From positions 24,611,605 through 24,675,604 of the forward strand of contig CM119265.1 in the NCBI GenBank assembly GCA_051294375.1: 64,000 nt of DNA, read 5' to 3'. The DNA is from Paraspadella gotoi (Eukaryota; Animalia; Chaetognatha). Made by a program: the position numbers and the translations under genes. A model generated the notes under the pieces. It worked only from the letters and a program-made list of their open reading frames with translations. It made no database searches and was not told the origin of the DNA. This document shows, piece by piece, positions 26,344 through 40,181 of the stretch. Positions within the stretch are counted from its first letter, which is position 1. Every line of letters starts with the position of its first letter.

Positions 26344-27185
26344 ACTAACTCTCATTCTTCTCTCCNNNNNNNNNNNNNNNNNNNNNNNNNTCTCTCTCTC
26401 CCCCCACCTCTTCCCTCTTCCCAATCAGAATGCACGCCAAGTTCATGAACATCGGACCGTCTGGATCGATCTCTGTGAAAGTCTCACTCATTTCCGTCGA
26501 GATTCACGTGAACATCGACATGTCGTCGGCGCCGCCCAAGGCCACAGTGAGTATCACTATCGCTAATAATGTTGAAATGTTATTATTTTATCGTTATCAT
26601 TCTACTATTTATTAATATCAATGATTGAATTCGTTTGCGTTATCGTCAAATCTAGTTTATTTTGGTCACGTGTGTGAAACAGACTCTTTAAGTACAAAAC
26701 AAAAACAAAACAAAACAAAACAAAACAAAAGGATGAAATTAAAAATAAATTCTTTGTCTTTCAAATTCGTCAATAAATCGATCGTCAGCGCCTCTTGAGT
26801 CTTGATTCAATTTCTCTCTTGGCCGCCATTTTTGTTCAATTTTTGCTCCCAAATGAAAAAAAAAAATTGTTACGCTTCCACGTTTACGTCGTCGTCGTCG
26901 TCTTTTTCATTTGCGGCAAAATCATCCCTTTTTTTCCTCGTCGCCATAATTATTTTCATAATCAACATCATTAACTCCATCATTAACTCCATCATTAACG
27001 TAATCGTGGACATGTAACCGTCCTTGGCTAGGATCGTCGTAATCTCGTCCATGTTTTAGTTCCCCTACTTACTTTAAGCATCCAATACTTATGCCAGTAC
27101 TGTGAGTGTATTATTTTATCACGGCCCTATTCCTTCCGTCACCTTTTCTTGGTCTTTCATCGTCGTCATCATCGTCTATTTCTCT

Positions 27186-27227
<42 letters not shown>

Positions 27228-27631
27228 GTTCGGATAAATTTCATTCTCTATTCTTTCAATTAACAATTAAATCGGGAGACGTTGACTTCGGCCGTCGAAT
27301 ACAGCTGCCCGACAGAGTGAGAGACCGACAAGCCGACGCCGCCGACGCCTCCAACCCCACCAACGCCGCCTACGCTGCCGACGCCGCTAACGATTCTGTC
27401 AATCATCGCCGTTTTATGCTAATTACCGCTACATTGTCGTCGTCGTCGTCGTCATTGTCGTCGTCGTCGCCGACATCGTTGTCTTCTTCGTTATCGATAA
27501 CCTTTTGCTTAAATTGTTCTTTTTTTATTTTTTCCTCGTTGCTTGAGGTCGCTGTCGTCCAAATTTTATCGTCGTCTTAGACAATTTGATTCCATTTTGA
27601 CGCCATCATAATTTGATATTTTTTTGTCGTT

Positions 27632-27663
<32 letters not shown>

Positions 27664-27736
27664 TGAGCTCATTGACGCCTTTTTTGCTTTTTCCTCTTTT
27701 AATTGGCTTCTGCCGTCGACTTCATCTGTAGAATGG

Positions 27737-27772
<36 letters not shown>

Positions 27773-29321
27773 ATCTCTCTCTTTCCCTCTCCCCTCCCTC
27801 TCTCTCTCTCTCCCTCTCCACCCCCTGTCTCTCTCTCACTCTCTCTCAGATGGTTGGGCTTTTCTAATTCGCTGAAACGATCTCGTTCCGTCATCCATTG
27901 AATCCGACGGAGATGTCATCTGTCCGACGAATCGCTTCCCTTTTGTTTCAAAAGCAAGCGGCATTCCTCTCCCTGCGTTGTTAAATCACCAAGCGGTATT
28001 CCTCTCCCTGCTGTTTCAATCACCAAGCGGCATTTCCTCTTCCTGCCTGTTCAATCACCAAGCGGCATTCCATCCTTGCTTGTTTAATCACAAGCGGTAT
28101 ACTCTCCCTGCCTGTTTCAATCACCAATGCGGCATTCTCTCCCTGCTTGTTTCATCACAAGCGGCATTCCTCTCCCTGCCTGTTTCAATCACCAATTCGG
28201 CATTGCTCTCCCTTCCGATCCTCTCCTGTTGTTTCAATCACCAAGGGTATTCCTCTCCCTGCTTGTTTCAATCACCAAGCGGCATTCCTCTCCCTTCTTG
28301 TTTCAATCACCAAGCGGCATTCTTCTCCCTGCTTGTTTCAATCACCAAGCTTTTCTTCTTAAAAAAATTCATCTCTTGAATCCATTCTCGTTTAAATGAA
28401 TCAAAATGTCATAAATTAACAATATTTACAATTCAGCGAAAAAGACTGATAAACTTTTGTGTCATTTGCTTTTGAACTTGATATCCTTCGTTATTTTTGA
28501 TGTACTTACGCTGTCGGGAAGAAACTTTAACAACTTTGACAACTTTAACAACTTTAACAACGCTTTTGTTGCTTCATTTACAAAAATGAAAGATTACTCT
28601 TTTTATCATGTTAGATTGAAAGAAAAAAGTTTGTTTTTTGTTTAAAGAAATAAACTTCGTTGTTTGTAAACAAAAAACAAACTTTGTTTTCTCTTTCAAT
28701 TTTTTCCTTTCACTATATCATGTTAGAAATTTTTTTTTATTTAAAATTATGTTAAGTTAAATATGTTTCACATAAATATAAAAATCACAAGGCCGTTGAT
28801 GATATGATATGATATGATATGATATGATATGATATGATATGATATGATATGATATGATATGATATAAAGGGAGAATCTATACAATCTATACAACGTTCCG
28901 CATCGTTTCATAACAGTAAATTCTGACGTTAAATTCTTTCATTGTCACTTCTCATCTTCATCCGTCATCCCCTCTGACAGTTGTCATTCGTCATCCGCCT
29001 CTGTCATTCGCTGACAATCATGCATTGTCATTTGTCATCTCCTTCTCCTTTCAGTCTCATCGTCCGCATTTCCATCAACTCAAACGTCGCCGTTTGTCCG
29101 AACCTTTTATTCTTCCTTCCTTTTTTTTTTATTATTATTATTATTTTTTTTTAAATTTTATTATCTCTGCGAAATGTTTGCTCGCCGTCAGCGTTGGAAG
29201 CGTGGGTTGAAGCAATAAATAACAGAGTTCCGCTCTTTCTCTCTCTCTCTCTCTCTCTTCTCTCTCCTCTCTTCTCTCTCTCTCTCTTCTCTCTCTCTTC
29301 TTTCTCTCCCTCTCTCTCTCT

Positions 29322-29392
<71 letters not shown>

Positions 29393-30733
29393 CTCCCCTC
29401 CACTTTCTCTTTTCTAATTTCTCTATTCCACTCTCTCTGTCTCCCTCATTCTCTTCCTCTCTCTCACGTCCTCTCTCTCTTTTCGCCAGGTCTCGAAACG
29501 GCAAGATATATTTCCTAAAAAGAAAAAACTCCATTAAAATTGTTTTATTTAGTTAAAAAACTATCGAATAATTAAGGACCTTTTCATTACTTTCGTTTAA
29601 ACTATTTAATAGTATTTATTCTATTTCTTTTCCTTTTTTTCAACATTGTAATTTGGTTGGTTTTTCTCGTTTAAATAAAACTTCAGTCTAAGATAAATCT
29701 TCTTTCTTTCTCCACTTAGCTTAGAACTTCAATTTATCTTTTTCTTCTTCTTTTCTTTTTTTTTCTTTTTTTTTTCTTCTTCATCTTTCTCTCCATCTCG
29801 ATTCCATTATTTCTGCTACCTTTCTTCACTTAGACTTTTCATTTCATTTTTCCCTATTGTCTTCTCATTTTTTTTCTCTTCATTTTTAGGAAACGAAATA
29901 TTCTTTCTTTTTTTTTTTCAAACCAAAAAATTTTTTTTAATTCATCAAAAAGTTATCTTTGACGTCTCTCGCGTTTTGAAAAATAAAAGTAAATTGGATA
30001 AAATGTTCAATTCTTTATCTATGCAGATTTTTTTTTCATATATTTAAATTAAAATTCATAAAAATATCGTCACTGTATAAAATAAATATATAAATATATA
30101 AATGAATGGATAATTTTTATATTGGTTGTACCAATTTCATAAAATTCAGCTCCTTGTATTTTGATGCTAGTGCGGAGTACAATAAGTATTCCCCGATCTA
30201 ATACTTAAGGGAGTGGTCTTTTCATACAATTGAAACATTCTTTGAAATATTTTCCACTTCATTGATAGGGAAGCCAGGTAATCTGGGAGTGAATAAACGA
30301 GACTGTGAGAGAGTCTTGATTGAAAGCTTGCAGGGACCTGCTATGTCATTATCTTGTAAGAGTGATGGAGGCCTTAAACCACCAAAGCCTGTCCAAAGTC
30401 AGGGGCAAGATAGCTTATTTATTAAATGAATGGATAATTTTTATATTGGTTGTACCAATTTCATAAATATAAATAAAACTATCAATATTTATTGAAACCA
30501 AGCTAAAAAGGCCCCCTCTCATCCCATTGACCCAGTTGGAACATTTCGACATCACCTACATCGGAAAGATCGACATCTCCTTCGACGGTCTCGGACCCTT
30601 GGACTGGATCATCAATCCCCTGGGCAATTTGATCGTCAACAAAGTCAAGCACAAGATTGCGGATGCGGTGGAGGGGCCTTTGAAGAAGTTGATCGCCTCC
30701 AAGCTGGCCACAGGGAACATTCCAATAGGATAA
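23901..30733 (+). CDS. Secreted two-domain TULIP protein (divergent Takeout/JHBP-like + group-7 allergen domain), 418 aa, cluster gene 4
   Basis: Exons 23901-24300, 24559-24804, 25057-25351, 26429-26546 and 30536-30733 total 1257 nt in an open frame, all GT..AG. Signal MHLLNVSLSLLLIVSLSVDA; motifs ADYVLNGTLLGLPVKGAG, GNANEFLDQMI, AGIQTLHRTGD, KFMNIGP, GLGPLDWIINP. Confidence 0.88.
27943..28350. repeat. Minisatellite, ~35-bp unit, about 11 copies, in gene 4 intron 4
   Basis: Unit GCTTGTTTCAATCACCAAGCGGCATTCCTCTCCCT repeated head-to-tail. Confidence 0.9.
30101..30464 (+). mobile_element. Dispersed repeat family, longest copy (in gene 4 intron 4)
   Basis: Shared core AAGGGAGTGGTC...GGGAGTGAATAAACGAGACTGTGAGAGAG...TTGTAAGAGTGATGGAGGCCTTAAACCACCAAAGCCTGTCCAAAGTCAGGGGCAAG...TTGGTTGTACCAATTTCAT. 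The 40-bp terminal motif occurs at both ends of this copy. Confidence 0.8.
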
Positions 30734-31339
30734 TCATTCGGAAGTGAAATTTTTCATGATCTGATAGGATATAATCATTTTGTGACATCTTTGTTATGAT
30801 CTGATGAAAAAATAGTACAATAATATTTAAAAAAATTGTTTATAAAATTAGTTGGTTTTTCCTTTTGTAGAACTAGCGATATAAGTTACAATCTTGAACA
30901 TAACTAGTTTCTTGTGAAGAGCGTGTTATACTAACTTTAGTGCTAAAATTAATAAGCGTTGTCATTAGGATAATCTCCGTGTATTCGATTTAGTTTAGCT
31001 AAAAAGTAAGTGGCTTGATAAGAAGAGTATTAGTAACTAAGTAAGTTTAAGCTATAATTGTTTACTAGGTTTAAGTATTAAAAAGTATTATAAAGTAGGT
31101 ACAGACGTTCAAACTTTATTCCAGTAAATGATCATATAATTTTCTGAAAGGATTTGGAAAATGAAACCATTGTTATTGCCTCCATTAAAGTGCTGATAAC
31201 GCATTGCTACGTCATCCGCCGACAACTTTGACGCAAAAATGTCAAATCACAAAATCTCAAGTGCTTATTTAAAGTTTTTTTATCCGAAGCAAAAACAGGT
31301 GAGAATTTCCCAACAAAGAACGAATCACCTGTTTTTTTC

Positions 31340-31440
<101 letters not shown>

Positions 31441-31530
31441 CTCCCTCCCTCTCTCTCTCCCTCTAAAAAAGGCCCCGTCATTTGACTCTCTCTCTGTCTC
31501 AATCTTTCACATTTCCCAAACACCGCGACC

Positions 31531-34196
31531 ATGCGTCCCTTCCACCTTTTCTTCCTCTTCCTCCTCTTCGCCTTTTCCTCCACCGGCGACGCCGCCACCA
31601 AGGCTGCCGTCCGCTCGGCGCTGCATCGTCTCAAATCCGACGCCGCGGCGCTGGCCGACCCGGCGTCGCTTCCCGATTTTAGGCGCCGCTTCGTCAAGCC
31701 GCGCGCGGCGCTGGATTTCTCCATGGCCGGCGCCGCGGCGTCGGGATTACGACGCTTCGACGTCCGCGGCGTCAAAGTGGGCGTGGACGGCGCCGTCGAG
31801 ATCAAAGCGGCGTTTCCCATGATCGCTCTCTCGGCGGAGTTTCAGATCAACGGGACGTTCCATGGGTTGCCGATCAATGGAAGCGGAAGCACGGACGTCA
31901 ATTTGATGGATGTCGTTGCTTTGACGACGGGTGAGGGTTGTTGTTGTTGTTGTCGTTGTTTTTGATTACGTATATATATTGTGGCATTTTGAACTATCAT
32001 TAATTTGTGAATTTTTTTTCATATCGTGACAATATTTGCTGATTTAACATAAATTTATACGTGAAACATCAGCCCCAATTAATCGTCTTCTCGAGTTTAC
32101 ATACAATTTTCAATTAAATTAAATTAAATTAAATTAAATTAAATTAAATTAAATTAAATTAAATTAAATTAAATTATATTGTAAGAGTGATGGAGGCCTT
32201 AAACCACCAAAGCCTGTCCAAAGTCAGGGGCAAGGTAGCGTATTTAATAAATGAATGGATAATTTTTATATTGGTTGTACCAATTTCATTAAATTAAATT
32301 AAATTAAATTCTACATATAAAATTAAAAATCTAAACCCAACCTAAACATTCACCCACAACCAAGGCGTGGTCACCGACGACTCGACCACATTGACCACGA
32401 CGATGACCCACAGTTCCAGTCAACTTCTGCTGGCCTGGTTCCCCGGGCATCACCGCGCCATCCACAAGGTGCTGCAGAAGATCTCGGAACGAGTCTTCGA
32501 ACGATACCGGCCCAATCTGGAGAACGTCTTCAACGAGGCCGTCGAGGAAGAGCTGAGGAGAGGAGGCGATGAGAGTCAAGAAGAGAGAGACGGACCCGCG
32601 GAGGTTCCCGCCGGTAATATTATCATTGTTGTTTTAATACCGAATTTGAAATACTGCATCTGAATTCATACCTACGTATTTATTTGTATAAACCATGCCC
32701 TTTGCCGAATTGCTCATGATAGGAGCCTTCCACCAAAAAAAAATGACAATTTAGCAAAATATAGCGAAATTTGATAGAAGACAGTCATTAAAAAATGTAA
32801 TAATTGTATTCTTAAATATCATAACCATCACAATAATCATCTAATAACTTTTTCCCCCTCTCCACCGCCCAAAACTCCTTCAGGCTTTGCCCTCTTCCAA
32901 TCGGGCAACGCCAACGGATTCCTCGACAACATGCTCACCAATGCCCGACCGACTCTGGCCAAGCACGACCCGCTCGATCTTCCAGAAGCGGGTTTTGAGT
33001 TCAAGAAATCCATCTTTGGGATTCCCATCGTCGCCGCTGTTAAGATTTACGACGGGTTCGTTGGGTTGAGCTTTTTTTTTAATGACAAATGTCGTTGTCA
33101 TTAAATCGTTGCCAATTTTTGTCGGAATTTGTGTGGGTTTTTTTGGCGTTAGTGATTTACTTTCCGCCGCCGTCTCTCTGTTGCCGCCATCCTGAGCGTC
33201 TTTGACCGGCGCCATCGTCTCCTCTGCGCCTTTTATACTTGATTCCGAACTCATTTTTGTTGCAGAGTTGGCCCAAGTTAGTCGTCAACGAGGCAGTTGA
33301 TTCTCTGGAACGCTGTTCGAAACAGTCCTTGACTCGTTTATCAATTGTTTTAATTTTTATTTTTTTAAAGAAAATTATTTCGCTTATTGCTGGCCGGTCA
33401 AAGCTCTGAAGATTTTTATTAATTAAATGAAACAACTTCAAATGAACCATATTAAAAAAAATTAATTATAATTTTCCCAGGTACCTCCGAGGAATTCAGA
33501 CTCTTCACAGGACTGGCGACGCGCAAATGAGTCAACCAGTACCGACGAATATGAAGATCTCAGCTCACTTGGGATTGGCCAAGATGGAAGGACATTACAG
33601 GTCAGTTCCGAGGGTGAGTTCCTTCTCTACATCACATCTTCTTCCTCATTTTCCCCATCAGAATGCGGACCCACGTGATGAACATTGGTCCGGCGGTCGA
33701 AGTCTCCCTCCACGTGGCCGGAGTCTCCGTCGAGATGCACGTCACTGTGGACTTTTCTAAGGGAAAACCTGAGACCACTGTGAGTGGAATTGATGCGGGG
33801 ATTCGTCGATCGATCAATCAATCGAATCTTTAATTCATCGATGGATCATATTGATCCTTAAATTGATAAAATAATCTTTTAATAATTTTATAGATCAACG
33901 ATTAAAGTTTCAATATTTTGTTTGTTTTGTAAATATTATTATAAACGATGTCCGATCTAAAACTCGTGTCCAACGACAAACCTCCTTTCCTCCAACAGCT
34001 GGACAACTTCAAGATCGACCACATCGGCAAAGTCGACGTCGACTTCCACGGCCTCGGACCCTTGGACTGGATCATCAACCCGGCTGGGAGTCTCGTCGCC
34101 AATCTGGTCAAGGATCATCTGGCCAAGTTGATCGAGGGGCCTTTGAAGAACATCATCGCCGACAAGTTGAAGAGCGGAGTCATTCCCATCGGATAA
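31531..34196 (+). CDS. Secreted two-domain TULIP protein, tandem paralog of gene 4, 418 aa, cluster gene 5
   Basis: Exons 31531-31930, 32365-32613, 32884-33055, 33481-33600, 33662-33779 and 33999-34196 total 1257 nt. The first (400 nt), penultimate (118 nt) and last (198 nt) coding exons have the same lengths as in gene 4. Signal MRPFHLFFLFLLFAFSSTGDA; motifs GNANGFLDNML, GIQTLHRTGD, GLGPLDWIINP. Confidence 0.88.
32179..32289 (+). mobile_element. Short 5'-truncated copy of the dispersed repeat, inside a (TTAAA)n array in gene 5 intron 1
   Basis: Near-identical to 30354-30464 and flanked on both sides by AATTA repeats. Confidence 0.8.
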
Positions 34197-35221
34197 ATAA
34201 ATGGGATCGACTTTTAAATCGGCGCTGATTTTTTTTCTAATCAAAATTTGTATTATTTTTAGTTCAGGAATTTTAATTTGTTTTTTCAAAATTGTATTTA
34301 ACGTCCTTAATTATATGGGTTTCTACTAATGGTGTTCATCATATTATAACGATATTTAAAGTGTTATGGTCGACGTATTTTGTTTGAGTGTTCGGTCAAA
34401 ATGAAAATTGAAATGGAAATGAAAAAGAAAATGAAAAAGAAAATGAAAAAGAAAATGAATCAATATCGATTGATCAACTCAATCAAAGGAATTTCGACGA
34501 AGATTTCCCGCCTCTTTCTCCCTCGATCCTTCAACGCGGTCGACGACGAAATCGTGCATCCGCAAACCCCTCTGCCTCTGCCTCTGCCTCTGCCTCAAAA
34601 CCGCCTTCCCTAAATCGAAAAGCAACCGTTACACAATACACACTACACAGTGCCAACTCGCGTACAGCCGCCCAGAGCAGTTAAATTTCCCCTACCGCAA
34701 ACTTTAATTCCGCCAGAAGATGATATTGTTCCGTAGCGTTATTTTTCCTTTCGTAAATTTTTATTTTATTTCCTTCAATTGTCAGTTTTAATGTATTATC
34801 ATTTTACATTGAGTCTTGGGCGGAGCGTTGGAGGGAGCGTACATGGTCGAGGTATTTTGTTTGAGGTGTTTAACCTTTTTCACAGAGTTATTGGATGTCG
34901 CTTTCGTCGTTTATAGTTAACCTTCTCACTGCTCGTTTGTTATTTGGTTCACTCTCCGTTTTCTCTCGATTACAAATAAAATCACTCTATCCGAAATTTT
35001 ATCAACGTTGTTTCTTGCCTTAGTGTCAGATATTAGCGAAACGAACGTTTAATCTAATGATATTTAGTTCCCATTATATCTATCAATGACTGACTTTACA
35101 CGTTGATTCGTGAATGAACGAAACTGATCCAATCACTTAACTCATTTCAGACTTTCATTAATTTTCTTTCGCTCTAAATTCACTCTTTCGCTTTAAATTT
35201 TAACTCTCTTTTTTCTTTATT

Positions 35222-35297
35222 ACCGACAAAACGACCGACAAAACGACCGACAAAACGACCGACAAAACGACCGACAAAACGACCGACAAAACGACCG
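35222..35297. repeat. 12-bp tandem repeat (ACCGACAAAACG)x6
   Basis: Read directly from the sequence. Confidence 0.9.
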
Positions 35298-35840
35298 CCG
35301 AAACGAGCGACGTAACGACGGACGGCGCGTCATATTTTCCCCGACTGGTCACTCGTCCGCCATTAGGAGTGATGGCCGACATAATTCATCGACGAAAAGA
35401 GAATTAATTCACTCACCTGAATTAGATCCCATAAAATTGGGAGGCGATGAATATGAAAGATAAAAAGGGGAGAAAAAGAGGGAAAATTTAAAAAAAATTA
35501 GTATTCGGATTAATTATAGAAATGTTTTGCCTAATAATTTTCTCTTATTTTTTATCTATCTATGTGACTATCACAAAGTCATCGGCATCAGAAACTGCAA
35601 TGGAAAACAAAGAAGTTAAAAAGAAAGAAAAACAAAAAAGTTAAAAAGAAAGAAAAACAAATTCTATTCTTCGCACGATTTTTTCCGAAAGTATCCTTTT
35701 TTTTCTATGAATTTAAATGACAAAGTAATTTCGTTTTTTTTTACTCCGAATCCAAAGAAAAACATGAAAATTTGGAAAAGCGCGTCCCTGTTTTTGAAGG
35801 AAATTTGGAAGAAAATTTAAGCTTCTAAGTTTAAGCCAGA

Positions 35841-35927
<87 letters not shown>

Positions 35928-36540
35928 ATTGACATTCCTCGGCTGGCTCCTTGTATCCGCTAGATAGGTTGTTTCTTCCAAAGTTGTCAATGTCAACTTT
36001 CGCCGCCAAGAAAAAGCGGTTTTTTTTTTTGTCGAGATGCCTCTTATTTTAAACATGATAAGTCTACACATACAGTGTATAAACTTAAACCTGTACTCGA
36101 GGGAAAACTCCCCACTTGAACATGAATGTTATTTACCGTATAATTTTTCTCCCATACCCCTGTACTCACGTATTCTTGGACACAAACGAGATGAAAATCG
36201 GTTTTACTACAATATTTAAATGATATTTACGCGAGTGACGCTGAAAACGAGATTCTTCGTCGTTTCAACAGAAACTTATAATTTCCCCCCCCCCTCGAAA
36301 CAAAAATGTTTCCCTGGAAAAACGAAATGGCATCGAGGAATAAAAAAAACCTGTGAATTCACGTGAGGTTCACTTTCGCTTTCAAAAGGACGAACTGGAT
36401 TTTCGACGCGAATAAAAACGAGGAGCGATAAAAAATAAAGCGACCCATCAAGCTCAAACGCTACATAAAAATGAAACGCTTCATAAAAATTCCTCTCTAT
36501 ATATTTCCCGTTTATCTCTCTCTCTCTCTCTCTCTCTCAG

Positions 36541-36583
<43 letters not shown>

Positions 36584-36682
36584 CTCACCTTTCGCTCCTT
36601 TCCTCGCCCGTCGGAGAATACTTAATCTTCTTCTTTGACGAGTCGCTCTCGGACTTTATTTCTCTCACTCTCTATCGCTATC

Positions 36683-36713
<31 letters not shown>

Positions 36714-36812
36714 CTCTCTCTCTCTCTTTCTTTCTTTCTCTCTCTCTCTGTCATCGCTCTCCCTCCCAACTCTTTCCCTCTTTCATTCCCCTCACAATTC
36801 CCCCTTGTTAAC

Positions 36813-36878
<66 letters not shown>

Positions 36879-38645
36879 TCTCTTCCCACCTCTTTAAAAT
36901 TCTTCGCTCGAATTCCTGTCTGTTTTGGTCATCTTCTCTTTTTTTTTTTGGTTCTCAAGGTGGTAAAAAACCCAGTTTCTCTTTCCTTTCCTATATTTTT
37001 CTCTATTTTTCCTCTTTTAATCCGAGTTAAAATGTCTGAACACTTTATGAAATTTATTGATGCATCATTTTATCGGCCTTTTATTTGTCTTCTAAGTTCT
37101 AATTCTCTATCCCTTCATTTTTAGTTGCGCTCAAATCTAAGGGACTGCTAGCGTCGCCTTCAGGAATTCCGAAAAACTATCAAGAATAAAAAACGGAATT
37201 TTGATGCAGTGCATATCATATTATATATCATAAAATCAAAGGGAAATACGCGTGAAAATAAAGTCACTGCGGTGCGACACATTGAAATTACCGTTCTTGT
37301 TTCCTTTCTTTTTTCCTTTTCTTTCCCCTCCACCTCTCTTTCTTCTCTCTCTTTCTTACCTTTCTATCGCCTCTCAACCTCTCTTTTCCCCTTTTCTTCC
37401 CCTCCAACTCTCTTTCTTCTCTTCTCTTTTTTTTCCCAGAGAGAGCCGCCTCCCTCTTTTCTCTGGGAGTCGTTACCTTGAAAAATTGATTCTTGGTCGA
37501 AACCATTAGAATGATAATTAGAACTTGTCGCCGGCCTGTGGTATGAGGAGGTTACTAGAGGGGAAACTTGCGAAAAAAAAAAATCACGAGGACGAAAAAA
37601 AAACTCGTTTTTCGTCATCATCGACGTTGTCGTCGTCGTCGTTGTCGTCGTCGTCGTCGTCGTCGTTTTCATCGGAAAGTTTTCTTCGTTGTTATCGTCG
37701 TTTTGACTTCGTCTTAGTTTGTGTCGATGGGCCGAATTTAACTATTATATAAATGAACGAGTATTGGAATTGTATTTTCAAAAATCAACTTCATGTATTA
37801 ATTCCATTGGTTCGATTGTTTTAATTGATTCATTAATATTTCTCTTCGTAATTAAAATTTAGCCTAAGGAAAATAAAAGTCTCAATCGCTTTTCGATGGA
37901 TAAAAAAAAATCAAATGAAGAAAAAAAATGAGAGAAAAAAAATGAGAGAAAAAACTAAATGATGAAAAGAAAAATGTTTTGTTTTTTTTTGACGCGGGCT
38001 TTTGATTCAAATTAAACGAAATCGATTTATATTTTGTTATTAACTTCGACTCTATGCACGTAACATAACGAAATTTATTTCGATAAATACATTTGCATGG
38101 TATTCATTGACTTTATTTTTCCCAAAGAATAACAACAACAACAACTACCCAATCGAATTCCCCTCCATTTTGTTCTCTTCCTCTTATTCATCTTTTCCTT
38201 CTCTATCTTCCCCCCCTCTCTCCCCCTCAATGACTCTATCCCATTTTATTTCCCCCTCGCCAGAAAGTCCATCTCTCTCGCTGTCCTTGGCGGAAGCTCA
38301 TTTTCGCTTTACAATTCCATTCCTTCCCAGCGAAGGTAGCGGCTGGTAACAACTCTCTCTCTCTCTCTCTCTCCTCTCTCTCTCCTCTCTCTCTCCTCTC
38401 TCTCTCCTCTCTCTCTCCTTTCATTTCTCATTTTAAGTAACTAATTTCAAAATTAAAGTATCTATTGACATTTTGACCGAAACAATTAAAAATTTTTTTA
38501 ATCCAATCATTTGTATATTTATGCCTAATTTTAATTATCAAATTTGTAACCGGAGAGTAATTACTGGATAAAATCAATCTTTAAAGGAATTCATCAAAAC
38601 TTATTCAGGGAAATTTGCCGATGCAATGCATTAATAAAAACATTA

Positions 38646-39360
38646 ATGATTTCATTGTTTATAACGGTTATATGGTTACAAATTTTACAGCGGTTACCAA
38701 AAGTCATGTATTTTGGGAAGTGGCAAACTACAATTCCAAATGATATACTTTTTCTCGATGGTAACTGTATCGATCTAGTTGATAAATGGACATATCTAGG
38801 GTTCAACCTTAGTAGTGAAAGAGACAGCTTGTTTGAGCCAAGCAAAGAATTGGTATCTTTTTTTAGATCAAGTAACTGTTTGATAAATGCCTTGTTAAAA
38901 CCTTCAGAGGAATTATTGATGAAATTGTATTATACTAACTGTGTTCCGGTTCTCCTTTATGGTTGTGAAGTAAAAACTTTTTCTGTACGTAATATGAATA
39001 GACTTAATGTTGCTGTAAATGATGGTGTACGAAAGATTTTTGGATATAATCGATGGGAAAGTGTGAGAGAACTGAGGAGTATGTTTGGATACCACGACTT
39101 ATCTACAATTTTTAATAATCGTAAGAAAACCTTTATCTCAAAGATATATACAATGAAAAATACTGTTCTTCAGAAACTTGTTCCATTTTTTACAACATAA
39201 GAACAATTTTTAATTGTTTAAATTTTAATTAATAAATTTTATTTAATTAACTGTTTTTTTTCTCTCTATTTTATGTTTTTTGCTTAGACTTAGTCTGTCT
39301 TTGTTTGTTTGTTTGTTGATGATGATTGTACTGAATCAACCTCGTTGTATTCGAATAAAA
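38646..39360 (+). mobile_element. 5'-truncated non-LTR retrotransposon (LINE) fragment: RT C-terminus plus 3' UTR
   Basis: ORF 38646-39200 has WTYLG, LMKLYYTNCVPVLLYGCEV and RKIFGYNRWESVR, typical of the RT thumb/C-terminal region of L2/CR1-group LINEs. It is AT-rich and intronless, unlike the host exons, and AATAAA lies near 39354. Confidence 0.8.
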
Positions 39361-39727
39361 TCGCATATTAATAGCATATCTTGTCTTTTAATATTCCTAA
39401 ACCTGAAAACCTATTGAAGATTTTTTTAATTAATGTATTTTTTCAGAGAATATTTTTTTAAACAATTTACATTAATAAATAATAATAAAAAAATTGCGTT
39501 ATTTCAAATATTAAATCTATTTAATAAATTTTGTTCACTTATAAATACTGTTTCTCTTTCCGCTTCAGTTTTCTAAAACATTTCACAATCGCGAATTCTC
39601 ATTTTAAATCAACAACAGTAAAACGAAAAGAATCACTTTTGAATAATTCATTAATTGACGCAAACCGGAGATAGTGAGATAGAGAGAGAGTGAGGCTACG
39701 CCTAGGGGTATCTAATCAAGCAGAATC

Positions 39728-39761
<34 letters not shown>

Positions 39762-40073
39762 CATCTCTCCTCTCTCTGCTCTCTCTTTTCTCTCTGTCTC
39801 CCTCTCTCCATCAAAGCCCAATCCGCGAATATATGTGCGGAGAAAGGTTTTAGAAAGAATCGATTAAGAGAGATGGTGGAGGGAGGCTAAGCTTCGGACG
39901 AGTCCATTATCTGTTTGTCTTTTTGTTCGATGATAGCGCCTCTCTCGCTCTGACGGCGAAAGTCGAAATGACAAAAGGTCAACGCGAAGGTCGAGTCGAT
40001 GAAGACCATCAACGAGGAAGAAATCATCTCGCTCTCACACGATCTGTCTCTTTCTCGAGCTCTATCTTACTAT

Positions 40074-40181
<108 letters not shown>

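Noticed and set aside
27943-28350. CRISPR-like array (units contain GTTTCAATC, ~35 bp)
   Set aside because: Units are head-to-tail with no unique spacers, there are no cas genes, and it lies in a eukaryotic intron. It is a minisatellite.
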